From Nitrosospira multiformis ATCC 25196 (GTDB lineage: Bacteria; Pseudomonadota; Gammaproteobacteria; Burkholderiales; Nitrosomonadaceae): DNA of 32,000 nucleotides. Location of the stretch: positions 1,860,001 to 1,892,000 of the forward strand of contig NC_007614.1 of assembly GCF_000196355.1 (NCBI RefSeq). The letters are read 5' to 3'. The position numbers and the translations under genes are program-made. The notes under the pieces were generated by a model, which was given only the letters and a program-made list of their open reading frames with translations, was not told the origin of the DNA and made no database searches. The number at the start of each line of letters is the position of its first letter. Positions within the stretch are counted from its first letter, which is position 1. Positions 24,659 to 32,000 of the stretch are shown one piece after another.

Positions 24659-27217
24659 ATGGACAAGCCACCTGAAGTTGATCCGCTGGCCGGCTTGACT
24701 CATGATGAAGCATCCCGGCGCCTCGCCGAGAATGGATATAACGAACTTCCTTCAGCAAAGCCGCGCAACGTGCTCGCCATCGCAATTTCAGTGGCGCGTG
24801 AGCCCATGTTCATGCTTCTGGTCGCCTGCGGCACAATCTATCTGCTCTTGGGAAGCAAGCAGGAGGCCCTGATGCTGCTTGGCTTCGTATTCGTTGTCAT
24901 GGGCATCACTTTTGTTCAGGAGCGCAAGACCGAAAGGGCGCTGGGGGCGCTGCGCGATCTTTCCAGTCCTCGCGCGCTGGTTATCCGCGGAGGAAAGCAA
25001 GAGCGCATTCCCGGCCGTGAGGTTGTTCGTGGCGATCTCATCATCTTGTCTGAGGGAGATCGTGTTCCAGCGGACGCCATTCTTCTGGAATCTGCTCACA
25101 TGTCCGTCGATGAATCGGTCCTCACCGGTGAATCTGTCCCGGTGCGCAAACGGGTAAATGATGGCCATCCTCGGGAAATCGGCGCGCCGGGCGGGAATGA
25201 CTTGCCATTTATCTTTTCCAGCACGCTTGTCGTGCAGGGAAAAGGAGTGGCGGTGGTAATCCGGACAGGCACTGACACCTCTATTGGCCAGATCGGCAAG
25301 GCGCTCGCGACCATAGAGCAGAAACCAACCCGCTTGCAAAGCGAGGTCGCGCGGGTAGTGAAGCAAGTATCCGGAATCGGTTTCGCGCTGGCGGGCATTG
25401 TTGCGCTTTGGTATGGAGCCACTCGAGGGGACTGGCTGAATGGCTTTCTCGCCGGGTTGACGCTCGCAATGGCGCTTCTTCCCGAGGAATTGCCTGTTGT
25501 CCTCACGGTCTTCTTGGGATTGGGCGCATGGCGCATCTCGAAGGAAAAAGTGCTGACTCGGCAAATTCCCGCAATCGAAATGCTCGGGGCGGCGACCGTG
25601 CTTTGTGTTGACAAGACAGGGACTCTCACCCAAAACCGGATGGCGGTTGCACGGATATTCAGCGCAGGCCAGGTCTTCGATGCCGCGGGAAAAGATCCAT
25701 TTGCTCTGCCAGAAAAATTCCATGAAACCCTTGAATTCGCCGTTCTGGCAAGCCACCGGGATCCGTTTGACCCGATGGAGATCGCAATCCGCTACTCCGG
25801 ACACGAGTTGCTGGCGGATACCGAGCATTTGCATGGAGATTGGCAGTTGATGAGCGAATATCCCCTCTCGCATGGCTTACTGGCCATGTCCCGCGTCTGG
25901 CAGTCTCCTGATCAGGTGAACTATATCGTTGCCGCCAAGGGATCGCCCGAAGCGATCATCGACCTGTGCCATCTTGATGCGGATTCTGCGCAAGGAATTG
26001 TCATTCAGGTCAATGACTTGGCTGATCAGGGCTTGCGCGTGCTGGGAGTAGCCAAGGCTGAATTCAACGAGCAGCGGCTGCCTGATCTCCAGCATGATTT
26101 CCCGTTTCAGTTCCTCGGTCTGATTGCCTTGGCGGATCCTATCCGCCTGCAGGTTCCTGCTGCAATCGAGGAAAGCCGGGCTGCGGGGTTGAGGGTCGTA
26201 ATGATTACCGGGGATTACCCGGCTACGGCAATGTATATTGGGCGGCAGATCGGCATTCAATCGCCCGAAAACGCGATCTCGGGGTCGATGCTGGAGAGCC
26301 TGAGCGATGCCGAGCTTCAGGAGCGTATCCGGTCGGTAAATATCTTCTGCCGAGTCGTGCCCGAACAAAAGCTTCGCATCGTGGATGCATTCAAGGCGAG
26401 TGGCGAAGTCGTGGTCATGACGGGTGATGGAGTCAATGATGCGCCCGCACTGAAGTCGGCGGACATTGGTATTGCCATGGGGAAGCGGGGGACGGACGTC
26501 GCGCGCGAGTCTGCCGCGCTGGTGCTGCTAAATGACGATTTTTCTTCAATCGTCTCGGCAGTGAGACTTGGACGACGGATTTTCGACAATCTGCAAAAGG
26601 CCAGCGCTTTCATCATTGCGGTCCACCTCCCGATCGTTGGTCTGTCTGTCATTCCCGTGATAATGGGCTTGCCCGTAATTCTTATGCCCGTGCATATTCT
26701 ATTCCTGGAATTGATCATCGACCCGGCATGCTCCATCGTTTTCGAGGCAGAGCGCGAGGAGGCGGATATCATGCGGCGACCTCCGCGATCACCGGATACC
26801 CCGCTTTTCGATCGTGAACTGTTGGTCCTGGGATTTGGGCAGGGCTTGGTTCTGCTTTTGATCGTACAGGCAATATTCAGCTTTGCGCTCTACCGCGGGC
26901 TCGGAGCCGATGAGGCGCGAGCAATAACTTTCGTGACTCTGGTCTTGGCCAGCCTGGGTCTGATTTTTACAAACCGGTCTCGATCAAGATCGGCATTTGC
27001 CTCCCTTCAATCGCGGAATACGGCTCTTTGGTGGGTGACAGGAGGAGCAATGGGCGGCCTCGGGCTGGTTATCTTCGTTCCGGCACTAAGCGAGTTGTTC
27101 TCTTTTGGCAGGCTACAGCTTGCGGAGGTCGCATTTTGCCTTTTTGCCGGCTTGGCAACATTCGGTCTATTTGAAACCATGAAGCTGATCCGGGCACACA
27201 AGCAAGTATCTGCGTGA
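24659..27217 (+). CDS. Cation-translocating P-type ATPase (P2-type), substrate not assignable
   Basis: 852-aa ORF. It has an N-terminal Cation_ATPase_N-like GLTHDEASRRLAENGYNEL, TGES, the TM4 motif LPEELPVV, the phosphorylation site CVDKTGTLTQN, then MITGD and GDGVNDAPALK. Confidence 0.92.
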   Translation: MDKPPEVDPLAGLTHDEASRRLAENGYNELPSAKPRNVLAIAISVAREPMFMLLVACGTIYLLLGSKQEALMLLGFVFVVMGITFVQERKTERALGALRDLSSPRALVIRGGKQERIPGREVVRGDLIILSEGDRVPADAILLESAHMSVDESVLTGESVPVRKRVNDGHPREIGAPGGNDLPFIFSSTLVVQGKGVAVVIRTGTDTSIGQIGKALATIEQKPTRLQSEVARVVKQVSGIGFALAGIVALWYGATRGDWLNGFLAGLTLAMALLPEELPVVLTVFLGLGAWRISKEKVLTRQIPAIEMLGAATVLCVDKTGTLTQNRMAVARIFSAGQVFDAAGKDPFALPEKFHETLEFAVLASHRDPFDPMEIAIRYSGHELLADTEHLHGDWQLMSEYPLSHGLLAMSRVWQSPDQVNYIVAAKGSPEAIIDLCHLDADSAQGIVIQVNDLADQGLRVLGVAKAEFNEQRLPDLQHDFPFQFLGLIALADPIRLQVPAAIEESRAAGLRVVMITGDYPATAMYIGRQIGIQSPENAISGSMLESLSDAELQERIRSVNIFCRVVPEQKLRIVDAFKASGEVVVMTGDGVNDAPALKSADIGIAMGKRGTDVARESAALVLLNDDFSSIVSAVRLGRRIFDNLQKASAFIIAVHLPIVGLSVIPVIMGLPVILMPVHILFLELIIDPACSIVFEAEREEADIMRRPPRSPDTPLFDRELLVLGFGQGLVLLLIVQAIFSFALYRGLGADEARAITFVTLVLASLGLIFTNRSRSRSAFASLQSRNTALWWVTGGAMGGLGLVIFVPALSELFSFGRLQLAEVAFCLFAGLATFGLFETMKLIRAHKQVSA

Positions 27218-27303
27218 TCCGGAATATCTGGCGGTATGGGGGATGGGCGCGGGAAGCTTAGCCCAGCGAATGAGGAATTTTTGCATGCGAAAAAATGAAG
27301 GGA

Positions 27304-27483
27304 CTAGAGCTCTTTACAGTAGCCAGAACACTGGATCCCCGTTCCCAAAACTGGATACCCGTTCCCAAACTTAGGCGGCAGGTCGCCAGGGGTTTCCAAT
27401 CCGCCCCCTATAGCGCTGCCTCGACCAAAAGTAATGCAAAGGGCAATGCCTGCACCCATGGGAAAGGGCTGGTTACATATCAT
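27304..27483 (-). CDS. Unlisted 59-aa Gly-rich small protein (glycine-zipper-like), downstream of the BON gene
   Basis: My own translation gives MICNQPFPMGAGIALCITFGRGSAIGGGLETPGDLPPKFGNGYPVLGTGIQCSGYCKEL. AAGGAGGAGAGGG lies immediately upstream of the ATG at 27483, which is very close spacing. Met9 is an alternative start. It is too short for the ORF track. Confidence 0.4.
   Translation of the reverse strand: MICNQPFPMGAGIALCITFGRGSAIGGGLETPGDLPPKFGNGYPVLGTGIQCSGYCKEL
27331..27370. repeat. Tandem 20-bp direct repeat, 2 units (18/20 identical)
   Basis: CTGGATCCCCGTTCCCAAAA / CTGGATACCCGTTCCCAAAC. It lies inside the small Gly-rich ORF (encoding FGNGYPV/LGTGIQ). Confidence 0.85.
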
Positions 27484-27552
27484 CCCTCTCCTCCTTCATA
27501 TTTAGAGGCATTAATCCAACATATGCAATACGGAGAACAATCTCAGAATGCA

Positions 27553-27945
27553 CTAATACTGCCACCTGAATTGCATCTCATCTTTCACCTCTTTTACCCC
27601 TTCCACCCTGCGCGCGACTTCGATTGCTTTTTCCATGATAAGTATAGAGCTTACTGCGCCTGTCAACCTGACCTTTCCCTGGCAGGTTTCAATGGCGACC
27701 TCTTCGCCCTTGAGCGACGGTTCGTTGTAAATTGCCTCTTTCACCCGGGCCGTAATGGCGCCATCAATGTTGCCGTCCCTTTCAGTGGCATTCATTCCTT
27801 CGCCGGGCTTGCGCGTACCCATCTCTGCAGTTGCCATTGAGCAACAAGGAGACACGGTCATTAGAATGACAAAGAAGAGCAACATAAGGCCGTTGAGCAT
27901 GTTGAGTAAGGCAAGCGGGTGCACTCTTATAATATAGGCCAACAT
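27553..27945 (-). CDS. BON-domain protein (OsmY-like), exported
   Basis: 130-aa ORF. DGAITARVKEAIYNEPSLKGEEVAIETCQGKVRLTGAVSSILIMEKAIEVARRVEGVKEVKDEMQ is a canonical BON domain. The N-terminus is hydrophobic, and the start may be the Met at 27900. Confidence 0.8.
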   Translation of the reverse strand: MLAYIIRVHPLALLNMLNGLMLLFFVILMTVSPCCSMATAEMGTRKPGEGMNATERDGNIDGAITARVKEAIYNEPSLKGEEVAIETCQGKVRLTGAVSSILIMEKAIEVARRVEGVKEVKDEMQFRWQY

Positions 27946-28137
27946 GACGTTATTGCATTTCCCACGCTTTTTCGGGAAATACCTTGCATGATGACCTGCG
28001 AGATGAGCCAGATTTGCTGGGATACGTGCTAACGGCTGCTTTCGCTCGATGGTATCAATATCTAAAGAGTGGACTCAGAAAGCGGAAAATAAGGTGGCGC
28101 GGTTCAAATCGGTCGCAAAGTTTCTGAGAATGGGGGG

Positions 28138-28920
28138 TTAGACCAGGCCAGACACGAGTCCAGCTCCAATCGCTAACATCGCTACAGCTACAATGAGTCG
28201 TACAGTATGCAAGGTGACTTTCTCCAACACACGCTTGCCCAGGAATGCTCCGACGAAGGCGCAGACCGATCCGACGATAATCGGCGTGACCGTTGCCTGT
28301 ATCTCTTCGAAATGCGTTGCAATGACAGCGGCCCCATACACTACAAGTCGCGCCGCATCAACAATAACGGCAGAAACAACTCCGGTGGCAACAAACGCTT
28401 CTTTCGATAGACCTGCTTTCAATAGGAAGGCAGAGCGCAAAGCTCCCTGATTACCCGATAAGCCGCCGAAGAATCCGGAAAGCGCGCCGCCGACGGGCAA
28501 CCAGCGCGGCCGAAATGCCAGGGCCTGAAAGCGGGGCCAAAGCTCCAGTAGAGCGAAGATCACGATCAGAACCCCGATGACGACCTTGACGACGGTGACC
28601 TCGAAGGTCGATCCGCCGAGCATGTAGCGCGTAATGACCGGTAAGCGGTCGAATAGATTGAGAACGAATGCCCCAGCTATTGCGGCTACTGCGGCAGGCA
28701 CGCTGAACCGCGCCACCACCCCCCAATCGGCCTGCTTGGCCATCAGTCCAAATTTGAAGAGATTGGTGGCAAAATGCACAACGGCTGTGGCTGCTATTGC
28801 CAGCGGCACAGGAAAGAATAGCGCGAACACTGGCATCAGGATCGTTCCGAGCCCGAATCCGGAGAAGAACGTCAGTGCGGAAGTGAGCAGTGCCATCACG
28901 CCTATGAGAACGAGTTCCAT
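28138..28920 (-). CDS. TauE/SafE (DUF81) family anion exporter, intact paralog
   Basis: 260-aa ORF with about 8 TM helices. FFSGFGLGTILMPVFALF and GFFGGLSGNQGALRSAFL are the duplicated DUF81 motifs. Confidence 0.88.
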   Translation of the reverse strand: MELVLIGVMALLTSALTFFSGFGLGTILMPVFALFFPVPLAIAATAVVHFATNLFKFGLMAKQADWGVVARFSVPAAVAAIAGAFVLNLFDRLPVITRYMLGGSTFEVTVVKVVIGVLIVIFALLELWPRFQALAFRPRWLPVGGALSGFFGGLSGNQGALRSAFLLKAGLSKEAFVATGVVSAVIVDAARLVVYGAAVIATHFEEIQATVTPIIVGSVCAFVGAFLGKRVLEKVTLHTVRLIVAVAMLAIGAGLVSGLV

Positions 28921-29079
28921 GTGAGTGCTTTATCAAATAATCGGATTTCTCCCGAGGCGATTCCGGGCAACCAAGTTGTTTAGAGCTATTCTGCAGGGCA
29001 TGCAATACTCATTCGGGAAGGAAACGGCGCCGTATCCCCCGGCTCCTTTGGCTGAATCTTTTCTGACACCACCGTTTTC

Positions 29080-31790
29080 ATGAGCATATTATTAGTGGGG
29101 GAGGTCGGCCCTACTTTTATGAATATGACGAGAACCCGCATTTACACCTTCTGGCGAAACTCGACTCTGGGCCATCCGATTACGGTCCTGACAATACTGG
29201 TTGTGCTCGCTACCCTGGCCTTTCAATACACTTTTGTCCATTTACGCATAAACACCGACACTGCGAAACTGGTCGCGCCGGATGCGCCTTTTCAGCAATA
29301 CAGCCGCTCTTATGAGGAAGCCTTTTCACAGGATTTGCACACGCTTTTGCTGGTGGTTGAATCGGAGATACACCCGAATTAACCAAATCCGCCAGTAAAA
29401 GATTACTGCGCCTGCTCCGCGACAACACGGATCATTTCAATTCGGCCTATATCCCCTACGACAACGAATTTTTTCGTCAGAACGGGTTGCTTTATCTCGA
29501 TACTGGTGAACTGGAGAGCTTATCCAACAGCTTGTCACTCGCCCAGCCGTTCATCGGCAGAATTGCCCAGGAAACCAATCTAACCGGTTTTTTTTCTATT
29601 TTAGAGGATGCGCTAAAGTCCGGAGACACGACTCGTGCTGCAATCATTGATCTAACCCCGCTAACCGATAAAGTCACACGGGTTTTAGATAAAGTACTCA
29701 GTGGCGAAAATGCTTTGCTCTCCTGGGAATCGATGATTTCCGAGAAGAAAACGCACTCCAGCAAGGAGTTTATTATTGTCTCGCCTAAATTCGATTACTC
29801 ACATATCCGTCCTGCGAAAAATGCGATTGAATCCATCAACAAAGCTATTGCCAGCATTCAGGATCCCTATCTCCCCGCTGTCAAGGTGTGGGTGACTGGC
29901 GAAGCTGCCCTTGAAGATGATGAACTGGCAGGCATTAGTACCGGCACTTTTAACGCCAGTATTTTCTCGGTTGTACTGGTGTTGTTTATTTTAGTAATTG
30001 CCTACCGTTCCATTTTGCTGACAGTAGCCACGTTGATAACTCTAGCCTTAGGAGTAATTTTTTGCGGGGCATTCGCCGCCTTTTCCGTAGCAGAATTAAA
30101 TCTGATTTCACTCGCATTTGCAGTAACCAATGTCGGCTTGGGCGTGGAATATGCGATCCACTTCTGCTTACGCTATCGGGATAAGCTGAATCGCCACCGT
30201 AAAGAACGTGCACTACGTATGACTTTAATGACCATAGCTCCCTCACTTCTATTGGCCGCCGGTACTACATCCATCGGACTTTATGCTTTTATACCGACCG
30301 ATTATAAAGGCATCGCCGAGCTTGGTCTGCTGGCAGGAACAAGCCTGTTTATTTCCCTGTTAGTTACGCTGATTGCCTTGCCGGCATTATTAAAACTTTT
30401 GCCAGCACCGGCAAAATTCCGATCGGCAAAAGCTCCTCATTCTCCTTCGGAGCTTTCAAAGAAACTGGCGACTTTGCCGCTTCAATACGCCAAACCGATT
30501 TCCCTTATGACACTTGTTGTTTCCCTGATCTCCGGCGTGTTGGCATTCAATGTAAAAACGGACTTTAATCCGATTAATATTCGCGATCCTGATACCGAAT
30601 CTGTTGTCGCTTTCAAAAAATTAATGGAGGACGAGGAAACCACTCCGCTGACCTTGGCTGTCCTGAGCAGGGATGAAAGCAGCACCAAAATCTTGCAACA
30701 GAAGCTTTCGGCATTACCTTCGGTTGATAAAACTGTCAGCCTTTTTGACCTTCAACCCGCTGATCAGGACAGAAAATTGGCCTTGATCGAAGAAATGGGA
30801 CTGATGCTTGGTGCAGAAGTAGAGAACTTCCCCCAGCTCAAAGCGCATAGTGATCCAGCTCCGCAGATCACCCGCTTGATTGGAACTATCGACACCATCC
30901 TGCCTGAAAAATCCAATATGGAGGAGCGTGCTTCACTCACACGCTTAAAAAAGGAATTGCAGGATATTTTGATCGAGCTTGATACACGGTACCAACCCAG
31001 CCGGGAGATGTTCATTGAAAAAATCCAGACCGCACTGCTCGGCACGCTGCCGGCTGTGATGAACGATCTATCAGTCAGCTTGAAAGCCAGAACAATCACG
31101 CTATCTGACCTGCCCCCTGATATCAGGGATAAATGGCTGAGCAGGGACGGTTTGTATCGCATCCAGATCTTTCCGAAAAAAGACCTGAACGATTTAGCCA
31201 GTCTGGAAGAATTCATCACGGAAGTGCAATCAATCACTCCCGAAACCACCGACTTACCCATCATCTACTGGGAATCCATGAGAGAGGTTACCAAGGCTTT
31301 TCAGAAAGCTGTTTTAATCGCCCTGGTTGCCATCGCACTGCTACTGCTCGCTATCCGGCGCAGCATGCTGGATACCGCCCTGATCATGACGCCGCTCGTA
31401 CTAGCCGGACTTTTTACCCTGGCAAGCGCAACGATCACCGGCACCGCCATTAACTTTGCCAACATCATCGCCCTGCCGCTGTTACTAGGGTTAGGAGTTG
31501 ACAACGGCATTCACATGCTGGTAAAGCTGCGCCATTCGCTTGCGGAAGCTCGCGATATCTACCAATCCAGCACTGCTAGAGCCATATTTTATGGGGCTCT
31601 TACCACTTCCTCCGGTTTTGGGGGATTGGCGTTCTCCCCGCATCCGGGCATTGCCAGTATGGGTTTGATTATTACTATAGGCATATTCTGGATTATGGTA
31701 TGTACGTTTATTATTCTTCCCGCACTTGGCAAATTGGTGTTAAAGGACAGAAAAGATGCAATACGTTTTCAATCCCGCTTGGCAGGATAG
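29080..31790 (+). pseudogene. hpnN: HpnN-like RND/MMPL-superfamily transporter, interrupted by a frameshift near 29365..29373
   Basis: ORF 29080..29382 (…LRINTDTAKLVAPDAPFQQYSRSYEEAFSQDLHTLLLVVESEIHPN*) continues in another frame, open from 29361, as …TPELTKSASKRLLRLLRDNTDHFNSAYIPYDNEFFRQNGLLYLDTGELESL… into ORF 29487..31790. Together they match the N-terminal pattern of HpnN-type exporters. The start may be at Met14 or Met16. Confidence 0.8.
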
Positions 31791-32000
31791 AGCGCGCATA
31801 CTTCAAGCTTTCTAGAACAGGCACAACGTCCATCTGCAAGCCTGCCCATCCACTGCACCGCTGAATATCGGAGCTACGTCACCTTATTCGATTAGCCTCC
31901 CATGCAGAGATAGAGTGTGAGTTAACCGATCTGTCACGCACTGTCACGACACTGAATGGTAGCGATCTAAAATGCTTCTTGACTGGGAGGCAGGGCCTAT

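Noticed and set aside
24788-25873. 361-aa minus-strand ORF overlapping the P-type ATPase gene
   Set aside because: It is antisense to a gene with all P-type ATPase signature motifs, and its own product has no recognisable features.
27295-27840. 181-aa plus-strand ORF spanning the BON gene and the small Gly-rich ORF region
   Set aside because: It is antisense to a clear BON-domain CDS. It has no motif support and is likely spurious.
28091-28115. tRNA-like T-loop string GGTTCAAATC
   Set aside because: The flanking bases do not form a T-stem, and no acceptor or anticodon arms can be drawn. No tRNA gene was found anywhere in the window.
1-32000. CRISPR arrays, rRNA, integrons or prophage modules
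   Set aside because: No spaced direct repeats were found beyond the single 2 x 20-bp tandem at 27331..27370. There are no rRNA-like conserved strings and no integrase or phage structural genes.

Overview
About 50% GC DNA from a Gram-negative, proteobacterial-type chromosome. It mixes housekeeping genes with a heavily decayed accessory region. All calls rest on reading the supplied ORFs, my own hand translations and family knowledge; no searches were run.

Left third: a yafS-like methyltransferase diverges from gloB. Then come pentose-phosphate genes tal and gnd (short form), with pgl about 3.5 kb further on. That gap holds a degraded IS5-family remnant abutting a PAS-domain fragment, two members of an uncharacterised exported helical protein family, a signal-peptide mini-ORF and doxX.

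A third family member lies divergent from a COG2345/ArsR-type regulator. All three paralogs carry the same box, CACTT(T/A)AAACATA, just upstream of a sigma70-like promoter. This paralog family plus shared promoter module is my best candidate for an undescribed system.

Middle: a minus-strand methyltransferase / BASS transporter / small membrane protein / truncated lactonase string, an orphan acidic protein, and a fragment graveyard (CpxA-like kinase remnant, IS3 orfA stub). Then comes a czcCBA-type HME-RND efflux operon ending in a PII-like gene with a shortened T-loop.

Right third: two identical 843-bp IS5-family (IS427-group) elements in inverted orientation have both landed in one gene. 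Removing them restores an in-frame 344-aa TauE/SafE protein with an unusual roughly 80-aa C-terminal domain. After that come a P2-type cation ATPase, a BON-domain gene followed by an unlisted Gly-rich 59-aa ORF, an intact TauE paralog and a frameshifted hpnN-like RND/MMPL gene.

No rRNA, tRNA or CRISPR was found.
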